64,000 nucleotides of DNA from a virus, in the IMG/VR virus record IMGVR_UViG_3300046791_000454, positions 1-64,000 of that record, one strand, 5' to 3'. Below the pieces are notes generated by a model. That model saw only the letters and a list, made by a program, of their open reading frames with translations. It did no database searches and had not been told where the DNA came from. Position 1 is the stretch's first letter. Each line of letters starts with the position of its first letter. Made by a program: the position numbers and the translations under genes. This document shows positions 35,910-44,811 of the stretch, in pieces.

Positions 35910-36578
35910 TCACCACGTGGCGTATCGACGACGCATATAGTTCTCTAAGCGGACGCGGCCAGTGCCTGAGAGCGCCTGCCTCGTAAAGCCAACGTCGGCG
36001 ATGTCGCCGTCCCAAGGATTTGACCCGAGCAGATAGGCCGCCGCCCCGATAGCAAACTGCGACAGTCCTTCGACTGTAGTACCTGATGCGATTTGCGATC
36101 CGTTGGCACGCAATGCAGACGACGCACCGTTGAAAACGCACACGAAGGACGTAAACGCAGCCGTCATGTCGAACGTTGCGGCGAATGTGCCGCCATTCGT
36201 GAACATGGCTACTTGTGTTGCTGACGGGGCGTATACGATGGCTTCGCCTGACAAACCACCCAATGCAACCGGGACTCCGCCCTGGCTTGCTGCTTTGCAA
36301 ACGAACCAGATGGTGAACGGTTGCGGAATGGCTGTGAAAGACGCCGATACGAGATGTTGGAGCGACGCGCCGACGAACCGGACAACGTGGCGCCCGTTGA
36401 CAACGCTCGCCACCTGCGTCGGCCGGTTGCCCGCAGTCCCCTGCGTGACGTCGCGCCCCGCGCCGCCGATGTCCTGCCACGTGGACACCTTGCCGCTCGT
36501 GAGCGTCACGTTGTCCGCGCGCCACCAGCCGCCCGGGCTGCCGAGGTGTTTCGGGGTCCAAAGCGCCGGGTACGTCAC
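35910..36578 (-). CDS. LamG/ConA-like receptor-binding protein
   Basis: WWRAD...VSTWQD.G...WDGDIAD...ENYM..RY. Confidence 0.7.
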   Translation of the reverse strand: MTYPALWTPKHLGSPGGWWRADNVTLTSGKVSTWQDIGGAGRDVTQGTAGNRPTQVASVVNGRHVVRFVGASLQHLVSASFTAIPQPFTIWFVCKAASQGGVPVALGGLSGEAIVYAPSATQVAMFTNGGTFAATFDMTAAFTSFVCVFNGASSALRANGSQIASGTTVEGLSQFAIGAAAYLLGSNPWDGDIADVGFTRQALSGTGRVRLENYMRRRYATW

Positions 36579-37645
36579 GTCTTGCGAGCCGTTGCCAGGA
36601 ACCAGTCGCCGCTCATTGAGTCGTACACGAAGCGCAGCGTCATCTTCGTAGAGTTGGCCACCGTGATGAGCGTGCCGCCCGAGGTTCCGCCGTTGACGAA
36701 CGCCATCGTGTGCGCCGCCGAGTTGATGACGTAGGCGACGAGCTCCGCCGTGTCGTAGACGCCGGTGAGGCCGAGCGTCTTCGTGCGGTCTCCCGTGAGC
36801 GCGCCATCGAAAACCCAGTCGACCGCAGTGCCGACGTTGATGGTCTCGTTCCCATCGGTGAGCGTGCCGCCCGCCTGCACGAAGCGGCCGGTGAGCTTGA
36901 TGTTCTTGGTCGCGCTGCCCGCCGTGAGGTTGATGGCATCAGCCGACGTGATATCGATCGCGCCCGCCGTGTCAGCCGCAATCCGGTCCACTCCGTCCAC
37001 TTGCAGAACGATGCGAGACACGGCGTTGACGATGAGAGCCGACTCGACGGAGTAGGACGTGTCAAGCGTCGCAACGTCATCCCCAGCCAGGGCGAGGAGA
37101 TGCACCGTGTCATACTTGATCTTGAGTTCGCCGGTCCCCGTAAGGCCGATGTCGCCGCTGGCCAGCGACTGCGGCGTCGCGCCTCCAGCAACGATCTGGT
37201 AGAAGTCGGCGATCGGCTCCACAGAGAGGCCGTGGATGGTGGCGTTCAGGTCTACCGTCCAGTCGGCACCAAACTGGTTGGTCTCTCCCGAGCCCACCTC
37301 GCGCTCGCCGTTCAAGCCGTGGAGGCTCAGCCACGTGTACTCGTCCGTGGGGAGCCCGTAGACGGTCAGCGTGAAGTTCCACTTGCCGAACGTCGTACCC
37401 GCAGAGAACGAGGGCGGCGGCGTCCCGCTGAAGTCGTAGTAGTACCCGTTGGCGTCGCTTGACCAACCAGCGGGCAGCGCGAAGCTCGGCGGGAACTTGC
37501 GAATGCGGTACCGCGGAGCCGGCACCATGGGCCAGCCGACAGTCGACGTCGCGCCGAGCTGGATGGTGTCCGAGGCTGCACACGTGATGCCGCCGCTAGC
37601 AGGCGTTCCGCCGTTCTTGGCGACGGTGAGAACTGCGGTCGTCAT
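36575..37645 (-). CDS. tail fibre-like protein
   Basis: position and Thr/Gly-rich composition. Confidence 0.6.
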   Translation of the reverse strand: MTTAVLTVAKNGGTPASGGITCAASDTIQLGATSTVGWPMVPAPRYRIRKFPPSFALPAGWSSDANGYYYDFSGTPPPSFSAGTTFGKWNFTLTVYGLPTDEYTWLSLHGLNGEREVGSGETNQFGADWTVDLNATIHGLSVEPIADFYQIVAGGATPQSLASGDIGLTGTGELKIKYDTVHLLALAGDDVATLDTSYSVESALIVNAVSRIVLQVDGVDRIAADTAGAIDITSADAINLTAGSATKNIKLTGRFVQAGGTLTDGNETINVGTAVDWVFDGALTGDRTKTLGLTGVYDTAELVAYVINSAAHTMAFVNGGTSGGTLITVANSTKMTLRFVYDSMSGDWFLATARKT

Positions 37646-37648
37646 CTG

Positions 37649-38491
37649 TCAGCCACCCGTTCCGTAGCGAAGCACAACCCAGTTGGTCCCATTGAAGTAG
37701 AGCTCGAGCCACGGGTCGCCAGTGCCGGTGTTATCCATCACGTGCAGCACGGCGCTGTTCCAGTTCAGGATCGTCGCAAGCTTCGCGTTGGCGAGTGGGC
37801 GCGAGATGCGGACCATGCACTTGATGCTGTTCGGCGGAACCGAAAACAGGAAGTTGGAATCGTTCGTCAACGCGCCCAGAATGACCACGACGTCGAAGGC
37901 GCCGCCCGCGACTGTCTGGCTTGCGTCGCTGAGCGTCGTAAGGCGATAGCCGATGCTTGCCGAGCCGCCGCTCAGGATGGTCTGCCCGCTGCGCGTCAGA
38001 ATGCCGCTCGAGGTCTGTCCGCCGTAGGCCACCGTCGTGGCCGCGTTGTAGCTGACGACGGCGGTCGCACCGAAGGTCGTCGCGCCGTTGAGCTGGACCG
38101 TTGTGCCGTTGGCTGCCGACAGGAGCGCGGTGCTCGTCAGGAGCAGCGCCGCGGTGCCTGAGAACGTCAGCGTCGCGTTGCCGTTCCAGGTGCCGATGGC
38201 CCCGTTCAGCATGTCGAGTGTCGCGCCCGCCACGAAGTAGAGAAAGCCTCCGTTGGCCACGGTGAGCGTTCCGTTGATGGTGCCGCTCGTCAGGTTCGCG
38301 AAGGCGAACGCGCCCGTGACCGACATGCCTGAGCCGCCGAGGATGATTTGCGCTGCGGGAGCCCAGCTGCCCCCGTCGTCACCGTTGACCTGCTTGAACA
38401 GCGAGGTGTCGAACGAGGCCATCTCCGTGGAGAGCAGCGTGGACCCATTGGTCCAGGTGCCACCTGCGCGGATGCGTACGTTGTGAGCCAT
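37649..38491 (-). CDS. tail fibre-like protein, paralogue A
   Basis: LFKQVNGDDGGSWAPAA; ends FNGTNWVV. Confidence 0.65.
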   Translation of the reverse strand: MAHNVRIRAGGTWTNGSTLLSTEMASFDTSLFKQVNGDDGGSWAPAAQIILGGSGMSVTGAFAFANLTSGTINGTLTVANGGFLYFVAGATLDMLNGAIGTWNGNATLTFSGTAALLLTSTALLSAANGTTVQLNGATTFGATAVVSYNAATTVAYGGQTSSGILTRSGQTILSGGSASIGYRLTTLSDASQTVAGGAFDVVVILGALTNDSNFLFSVPPNSIKCMVRISRPLANAKLATILNWNSAVLHVMDNTGTGDPWLELYFNGTNWVVLRYGTGG

Positions 38492-38494
38492 TGT

Positions 38495-39367
38495 CTATCC
38501 GCCGAACCCGTATCCAGTGCAGATCCAGTCCACCGCCACCGTGTCGAATTGGAGCTCCACCCAGGAGACGAGCGAGGAGAGCAGCGTCGGCGTGATGTCC
38601 ACGCCCGCGTTGTTCTTGATCTTGAAGGTGAACCCGGTGCCCGCCTCACGCGAGATGGTGCACTGGCACGGTGCGTTGTTCGCCGGCAGGTTGCAGGTGT
38701 AGGTGCGAGCGGCAACCATGTGAGGCGGCAAGAAGATGACGTCATAGACGCCCGGGTCGATGTTCTGGTTCGCGTCGCTGTACGTGTGGTCGCGAAGGCC
38801 AACGCTTGCCAGAGGCCCGTCGAGCACCGTCTGCCCCGTGCGGGTCTCAGTCCCGCTCGCCGTCTCGCCATTGTGGATAACACGAGAGCCCGCTACGTAG
38901 GTCGTGGCGTTCGTCGCCGTGAACGCGCACGTCCCGTTGATGAGCACCGTCGACGTGCTGCTCGCCTGCAAGGAGCTTGTGCCCGTGAGCGCCAGCGTCG
39001 CGGTGTCCGTGAACGTCCACGAGGAGCCGCCGTCGATGATGCTTGCCGAGCCGTTCTGTGCTTCGAGGTGGCCGCCGCTGTTCACGGTGACGCTGTGCCC
39101 GTAGGTCAGGACCACGTTGCCGAAGACGGCGCCAAGGGTGACGTTCGAGAGGCTCAGCGGGCCGTCTACGCGGAGCCCGGCGCCGTTGATGATGACGGCC
39201 GCGGCAGGCGCCCAGGTGCCGCCCTCGTCGCCGTTGACTGCCTTGTAGAGATTGGCGTCGAGGGTCTCGAGCTCCGTGTGAAACGTCGAGAGCGCCGGGT
39301 CGGTTGTGCCGCCGTCGACGGTGAGCGTTGCCCAGCCGCCGGGGCGAATCAGTGAGAAGTGCGCCAC
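38495..39367 (-). CDS. tail fibre-like protein, paralogue B
   Basis: LYKAVNGDEGGTWAPAA. Confidence 0.65.
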   Translation of the reverse strand: MAHFSLIRPGGWATLTVDGGTTDPALSTFHTELETLDANLYKAVNGDEGGTWAPAAAVIINGAGLRVDGPLSLSNVTLGAVFGNVVLTYGHSVTVNSGGHLEAQNGSASIIDGGSSWTFTDTATLALTGTSSLQASSTSTVLINGTCAFTATNATTYVAGSRVIHNGETASGTETRTGQTVLDGPLASVGLRDHTYSDANQNIDPGVYDVIFLPPHMVAARTYTCNLPANNAPCQCTISREAGTGFTFKIKNNAGVDITPTLLSSLVSWVELQFDTVAVDWICTGYGFGG

Positions 39368-39368
39368 G

Positions 39369-40541
39369 TCAGTAGGTGATGTCGCCGAGCGTGTGTCCGC
39401 CAAGCGTCGACGTGCCGATGATGAAGGCGCCCGTGTGCCCCGGCGTGGATTCGACGACGATCTCCCATGTGCTCACCTCGCGGGCGATGCGCTTCATGAG
39501 CGCGTGGACCTTGCGGCGGACGTCGAGCGAAGCGGCCGCTGCGGCCGTGAGAACAATCAGGCTGTGTCGCTTCGTGGAGCTCCAGTACGGATATGGCATG
39601 GTCGTCCCAATGCATCCGACGCCGTGTGCGTTCGCGAAGGTCGCCACGAGGGCATTCCCGGGCCATGTGCTCACTGGGATGCCTGTCGGAGTGAGGAACG
39701 TGTGCAGCTTTGAGAACGTGGCCGTCAACGTGGTTGCCGTGATCGCGTCGATGCGCACGTACTCGGTCGGCAGGATGAAGCCGAGGACGTCGCCCTCAGC
39801 GAGCGGCGTGGCGCCGAGCGCCTGCGTATAGTTGACCGTGTGTGCGCCAGTCGTCGTCACGGCCGTCGTAACCGTTGCGAACTTCAGGACGGTCGACGAG
39901 TAGCCGTGCGTGACGGCGACGGTCTCCGTGATACCGCGCGTCTCCGGCTCGACTACGAGCGCGTCCGCATCCGTGAGCGCAACACCCTCGGCGAGGCTGT
40001 ACCTGATGACGACGGGGAGCGCCGTCGTCGTTACAGGATCGATGAAGGTGACGCGCTTGCGCGTGACGTCGGTGCGCTGAAGGTTCATCGGCTGGCCGCC
40101 GATGGCCGGCGGAGAGAGCACGGCCTCACTGGTCGTCGTCGTGCGGTACGCGATGAAGTCCGGGCCGAGCAGGCTCGTGAGCGCGTTCTCAACGTTGTTC
40201 TTGTTGCACCCGAGCGGGAGCAGGTAGCGCGCCTCAAGCGTCGCTCGGCGCTGCGTAACCGTGTCGCCTGGCGACGGGACAACTTGAAACTCCGCCTCGC
40301 GTTTCTCGAGACAGTCGACGAGCCTGGACGGATACTGCTGGTTGACGGCGCGGTCGAGCTTGCGGCGCATGCGCGCCTCGCCCATGGCCTGCGCGTAGCA
40401 GAGGGCATCCATGCGGCTGCCTTCGGTCACGTTGAACTGGTCGCCGAGGCCGGCGATCTTCGACGTGTAGAGCAGCTCGGCGTCGCTCGGCTTCGAGGTC
40501 AGCCGGAGATGGCCACATTTAGCGAACACGGAAAAGCGCAT
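39369..40541 (-). CDS. baseplate wedge protein (Mu gp48-like) with inserted domains
   Basis: REAEFQV....DTVTQRRATL; follows the baseplate J cluster. Confidence 0.6.
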   Translation of the reverse strand: MRFSVFAKCGHLRLTSKPSDAELLYTSKIAGLGDQFNVTEGSRMDALCYAQAMGEARMRRKLDRAVNQQYPSRLVDCLEKREAEFQVVPSPGDTVTQRRATLEARYLLPLGCNKNNVENALTSLLGPDFIAYRTTTTSEAVLSPPAIGGQPMNLQRTDVTRKRVTFIDPVTTTALPVVIRYSLAEGVALTDADALVVEPETRGITETVAVTHGYSSTVLKFATVTTAVTTTGAHTVNYTQALGATPLAEGDVLGFILPTEYVRIDAITATTLTATFSKLHTFLTPTGIPVSTWPGNALVATFANAHGVGCIGTTMPYPYWSSTKRHSLIVLTAAAAASLDVRRKVHALMKRIAREVSTWEIVVESTPGHTGAFIIGTSTLGGHTLGDITY

Positions 40542-41044
40542 CAGAAGATGTAGAGCGCGAAGTTCGTATCCGTCGCCGTGCCCGCCGAGTTCCACGTGCG
40601 CACGCGAACGCCGTTCGTCGCGGCCGTTGTCGTGATGATGCGCGCCGAAGTGGACGCTGCCGTAGCGATTGAATTGGCCACGGGCAGCGGCACAGTCGGC
40701 GGCGACGACTGCGCTGGCCACGTAATCGTGGTGTCGCCGTTGCCGTTGTCGGTCACCGTGAACGTGCCAAAGTTCACGAGCGATCCGGCGGCACTGAGCT
40801 GCGTCAGCGCCGGCGCACCGGCCGTGAACTCCACGAACAGAACAGCTGCGTGGATGACCTTGGCGATTGCGCTCGCCTGCAAGGTCATCTGGTTGAGCGG
40901 AGCCGCGCTCGGCTCCGACGGGTTCGGGTTCGGGTCGTCGTCCTCGAGCTGGGCGCCGCCGAGGTCGTCGAGCGACGGGCGCCGAGGGCCGCCGTCTCCG
41001 GCGTCGAGGTCCCAGGAGAGCGTGTCGAGTGCGTCGGTAGCCAT
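40541..41044 (-). CDS. baseplate/fibre-associated protein, paralogue C
   Basis: WD...PRRPSLDD. Confidence 0.6.
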   Translation of the reverse strand: MATDALDTLSWDLDAGDGGPRRPSLDDLGGAQLEDDDPNPNPSEPSAAPLNQMTLQASAIAKVIHAAVLFVEFTAGAPALTQLSAAGSLVNFGTFTVTDNGNGDTTITWPAQSSPPTVPLPVANSIATAASTSARIITTTAATNGVRVRTWNSAGTATDTNFALYIF

Positions 41045-41047
41045 GGG

Positions 41048-41620
41048 TCAGAGCGCGAATGCGAACGTGAATGGGACGCGGATGCCCGCCGGCGCGGTCG
41101 AGAACGTCAGCACGCGGACACCGATCGTTCCCGGGCCAACGTTGATCGCGCCCCCGTAGGTGATGCTCGCCGCGGTCGCGCCGTGGACGCCGAGCATGGG
41201 CGGGATCGCGAGGCCCGCGCCAGACGGCAGTGCAGCACTGGGCCACGCGACCGCCACGTCGCCGGCAGCGTTCTCGACCACCGTGAAGGGCGCGTCAGAG
41301 CCGACGACGGGGGACGAACCGGGGACCCGTGGATTGAGGGCGTCGAGCCAGGCGCCGGGCGTCATAGCGCGCGCTACGTATGGCGTTGTGCCGTCGTACT
41401 CGACGTCAACGACGAGTGAGAAACAGACGCGGCCGAAGGCTGCCCACTGGCCCGCGACTTGGTTGGCCCAGTTGGCAGTGCAGAACTTGCCGGTGCCTGG
41501 GTTCGTGGGGTCGGTCGGGGGCGGATAGCGCGTATCATTCTGATAGTCGACGCCATTGATGAAGTCGGCGAGAACCGGGCGCCGCGGTGGCACTTCGTCC
41601 CAAGTGACGACGGTGCTCAT
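41048..41620 (-). CDS. baseplate/fibre-associated protein, paralogue D
   Basis: WD..PRRPVLAD. Confidence 0.6.
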   Translation of the reverse strand: MSTVVTWDEVPPRRPVLADFINGVDYQNDTRYPPPTDPTNPGTGKFCTANWANQVAGQWAAFGRVCFSLVVDVEYDGTTPYVARAMTPGAWLDALNPRVPGSSPVVGSDAPFTVVENAAGDVAVAWPSAALPSGAGLAIPPMLGVHGATAASITYGGAINVGPGTIGVRVLTFSTAPAGIRVPFTFAFAL

Positions 41621-43119
41621 TCCGGGTACGCCGCCACGTCGCCCACGGTCAAAAGATAGGACAGGACGCCGGGCGTTCCCGTCGGCGCATCATATGGCAC
41701 AACCGGAAGCGCTAGCTGCGCGTCGAGCACCGATTGCGTGTTGAAGAGTCCTTCCACGATTCGGTTCGTGAGCGCGCTCGGCCATTGCGCCGGCGCCTCT
41801 GGCTGCCGCCTCTGCCGCAAGCCCGGGTCAGGCAGTGGAGAGACCTGCTCGCCAGGCCCGAGCTTCGCGAAGTGCGCGAGCGTCGGCTGTACGATGGTCG
41901 GCAGCGAGTCGCTCCAGGGCGAGGCAATCTGAAGGTTGACAGGCACGTAGCTCGTGTCGCTCACGGCGTTCGACGTGCTGCACGTGATGTCCCACGTCTT
42001 GTTTGCCACGATGACAGCCACGGCACCGATGCGCTTGCGCACGAAGGTCTTGCCCGCTGCGTTGTAGAAGCCGATGGTCTGCCCGACGACCGGGGTTGCC
42101 AGCGTGCTCGTCGTCGTGAGCCTGAAGAACGTCGCGGTCGGCGTGACGGCCGTGGTCACGTGTACGGGACTCGACGCGTCGTACGGCGGCCAGGTGGTGG
42201 TATCCATCCAGTCGGATGCTGTATCGTTCCAGTCGATCTTGTAGACGACGGCGACCGGCGACTCCGTGAGGTCCGCGGCGAAGATCCCGTCGTCGCCAGG
42301 CTCCTTCGCCGTTAGTGCGGCGAGGGCCGTGGCAATCTGCGCCGCGTTCGGCACGCGCGAGTCGCCAACGGCGTCGGTCCTCATGGTGAAGACGAAGCTC
42401 ATTGAGCCCGGCCCGTTGATGGCCGGATACGTCCACGCCTTCTCGACGGCGAGGCCTGGAATGTTCTCGACCGTCTCCTGGTACTCGGCGTCGTTGCCGC
42501 TCGCCGGCGGGTTCGCGCGAATCTCGAGGAGCGCAGCAGCGTACTCGTCGTCGCTTTCCTCGGGGTGGCCGCCCGTTAGGCCGCTCCCGTCGCTCTCGGC
42601 GAAGACGACGGCCGTGGGGCCGATGCCTGGCCGCGGAGCCGTCCACTGGAGCACAGTGCCAGCGGCGAGGTTCGTCTGCGTGCCGGTGTCGATCGCTTCG
42701 ATCGGCACCTCTTGGCCGTTCGTGTAGACAGCGGTGGCGCTGCACTTGAACCGGAGGCCGCTGTTCGGCTCCTTGGCCTCGTCGCCCTGCTGGATGAGGC
42801 CGCCACCGCCGGCAGCCGTCGCGATGACGAAGCCGCGGGAGCCAGTCGCTGCTGCGCGTGCTCGGCCCAGGGTCTCGCCCCAAAGGTCGAGCCGCTTGCC
42901 ACGCGCGTCCGAGATATTCGTCGCGTCGGCGACCGTGCTGGCGTCGTTGTAGAGGACCTGCCCGGTGTCAGCGTGCACCGACGCGTCCAGGAACGGCTGC
43001 GTGCCGTCCGACACGTCTGCGGCCGGCTGGCGGACCTTGTAGGAGCGCGTGTACCGGTCGCGCTCCTGGTCGCGCGTGTAGACGACGAGCTGGCTGTTGA
43101 TGTCCGAGATCGTGCCCAT
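41617..43119 (-). CDS. baseplate J-like (Mu gp47) protein
   Basis: LDLWG...GGHPEESDDEY...PPASGNDAEY...AWTYP..GPG. Confidence 0.85.
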   Translation of the reverse strand: MGTISDINSQLVVYTRDQERDRYTRSYKVRQPAADVSDGTQPFLDASVHADTGQVLYNDASTVADATNISDARGKRLDLWGETLGRARAAATGSRGFVIATAAGGGGLIQQGDEAKEPNSGLRFKCSATAVYTNGQEVPIEAIDTGTQTNLAAGTVLQWTAPRPGIGPTAVVFAESDGSGLTGGHPEESDDEYAAALLEIRANPPASGNDAEYQETVENIPGLAVEKAWTYPAINGPGSMSFVFTMRTDAVGDSRVPNAAQIATALAALTAKEPGDDGIFAADLTESPVAVVYKIDWNDTASDWMDTTTWPPYDASSPVHVTTAVTPTATFFRLTTTSTLATPVVGQTIGFYNAAGKTFVRKRIGAVAVIVANKTWDITCSTSNAVSDTSYVPVNLQIASPWSDSLPTIVQPTLAHFAKLGPGEQVSPLPDPGLRQRRQPEAPAQWPSALTNRIVEGLFNTQSVLDAQLALPVVPYDAPTGTPGVLSYLLTVGDVAAYPE

Positions 43120-43122
43120 GGG

Positions 43123-43578
43123 TCAGGTGAGCGGGAGGCGCTTGGTCTGCTGCTGGCTCGAGAGCACGCGGAGGTTGCGGTACGGGATAGCCACCAAGAA
43201 GCCGCCGAGCGGGATGGTCTCGACGACGATGGTCCCGAGCTCGATGTCGCTCGCGTCGAGCAGCGCCTTCAGCGCCGTGCGGATGCGTGTCTCGACGTTG
43301 TTCTGGAGCGTCGGGCCGCCGGCCTTGATGATGGCCTTGAGCGAGTTGCCGAGGGTGGGGTCGCCTGCGACCTTCCCGAGTTGGATGCCGAGAGCGAGGC
43401 TGACCGCCTGGTCGACGGGATGCGTCGCGCGGTACTCGCCGAACGAGTCCAGCGGGAAGTCCTTCGACTGAAGGTCGTAGAGCGGCACCGGGAACCGCTT
43501 GTCGACGGCTGGCCCGGTCGAGACGATGGGGTCGCTGCCGGCTGGGCCTGCGCCTGCGGGGTAGTCTCCGGCGCCCAT
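43123..43578 (-). CDS. baseplate wedge (gp25/Mu gp46-like) protein
   Basis: DPTLGNSL...IRTALKALL; position. Confidence 0.65.
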   Translation of the reverse strand: MGAGDYPAGAGPAGSDPIVSTGPAVDKRFPVPLYDLQSKDFPLDSFGEYRATHPVDQAVSLALGIQLGKVAGDPTLGNSLKAIIKAGGPTLQNNVETRIRTALKALLDASDIELGTIVVETIPLGGFLVAIPYRNLRVLSSQQQTKRLPLT

Positions 43579-43688
43579 CAGGCGGACTCACCAAACAGCC
43601 ACCCGACGAAGCGCTCCCACGCCGTCGGTTCATAAGGGAACGTCGGCCGTGGGCCGGGCTTGATCCAAGGAGCGAAGCCGGGGCGCAT
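43578..43688 (-). CDS. 36-aa peptide
   Basis: MRPGFAPWIKPGPRPTFPYEPTAWERFVGWLFGESA; TGATG overlaps at both ends. Confidence 0.55.
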   Translation of the reverse strand: MRPGFAPWIKPGPRPTFPYEPTAWERFVGWLFGESA

Positions 43689-44029
43689 CAGTTAGGGATC
43701 AGGTCCAGAGGGCAGGGCGGGATCGCGAACGTCGGGAGCGACGGCAGCGTCGGGAGTGAGAAGCTCGGCAGCGCGAACCCGAACGTCGGCAGGGTCGGCA
43801 GTTTCAAGTCGATCCCGAGGTCCAGGCTGAACGAGAGCGTCGGCAGCGTCGGGAGGCTCGGCAGGCTGAACGACGGGAGCGCGAACGCGAACGTCGGCAG
43901 GGTCGGCAGCTGGAGGTTGATGCCCAGGTCCAGGCTGAACGAGATCGACGGTAGCGAGGGCAGCGCAGGCAGCGAGAACGATGGCAGCGCGAAGCCGAAG
44001 ATGATGATCGGAAACGCGCACAGGCTCAT
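43688..44029 (-). CDS. Leu/Pro/Phe/Ser repeat protein (about 2.6 x 36 aa)
   Basis: FALPSFSLPxLPxLP three times. Confidence 0.7.
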   Translation of the reverse strand: MSLCAFPIIIFGFALPSFSLPALPSLPSISFSLDLGINLQLPTLPTFAFALPSFSLPSLPTLPTLSFSLDLGIDLKLPTLPTFGFALPSFSLPTLPSLPTFAIPPCPLDLIPN

Positions 44030-44030
44030 C

Positions 44031-44810
44031 TCACGCAGCCTTGAACTTCGTGCTTGTGCCGAGGACGATGGGCGGCACGACGAGCGGCGTTGGAGACAGC
44101 GCCAACCCGGCAGCCGTCAGAGCGGCGAGCCACACCGTGAAGGGTGTTCCGAGCACAACAGCGTCGGGAGGGACCGGTGGAGGCACAACCTCGAGCGGGC
44201 TCGGGATGCCAACGTTGAAGTTGCCGACGTGGTTGATCTTGCCGTTGAGCGTGATGCCGTTGTCGCCGATCTCGATGTAGGCGTCGCCCGCCTTGTTGCT
44301 CAAGATGATTGAGTTGTTGCCGCCGGCCTGCATCGAGATGACCATGCCGGAGCCGTGGACGATCTGGATGTTCTCCGTGCCAGGAGTCGACACCTTGACC
44401 GAGATGGCCATTGCCGTCTCGGCGTAGGGCACGTAGAGCGTCGTGTCTCCGTTCGTGCCGTCGAGGTTGAGAAACGTAACCTTGCTGTCGTCGCGGTTCG
44501 CGTAGAGCTGCACGCCACCCTTGTTGAGTGGCGGGAGTTGCGCGACCACGCGCGGGTCCGGACCAAGGGGCAATGCGTGCCCGCGAGAGCCCTCCCAGAA
44601 GGTGAGGGAGGGAGCGCCGGCCGTGGGCGTGCCGTTCTTGCTGTCCGGGTCGCGCGGCCGCCCAGCGAGCCCGCACGGGTAGTAGGCCGTCATCGGCGGC
44701 ATCGTCGCGTTGTTGCCGAGTCCGATGTGCGTCACGGTCTGAAAGCCGTTCACGTACTCGGAGAACCCCACGACAGAGAGCTCAGCTTGAAGGTGCGGGT
44801 CTTCTGCCAC
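44031..44810 (-). CDS. baseplate spike (Mu gp45-like)
   Basis: YPCGLAGRP...DPR...LNKGGVQLY; position. Confidence 0.7.
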   Translation of the reverse strand: MAEDPHLQAELSVVGFSEYVNGFQTVTHIGLGNNATMPPMTAYYPCGLAGRPRDPDSKNGTPTAGAPSLTFWEGSRGHALPLGPDPRVVAQLPPLNKGGVQLYANRDDSKVTFLNLDGTNGDTTLYVPYAETAMAISVKVSTPGTENIQIVHGSGMVISMQAGGNNSIILSNKAGDAYIEIGDNGITLNGKINHVGNFNVGIPSPLEVVPPPVPPDAVVLGTPFTVWLAALTAAGLALSPTPLVVPPIVLGTSTKFKAA

Positions 44811-44811
44811 G

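Noticed and set aside
33593-41620. Diversity-generating retroelement or invertible fibre cassette
   Set aside because: No reverse transcriptase or invertase seen; the paralogues are diverged throughout rather than only at adenines
43688-44029. Tandem DNA repeats as a possible CRISPR array
   Set aside because: 108-bp in-frame coding repeats with no unique spacers and no cas genes
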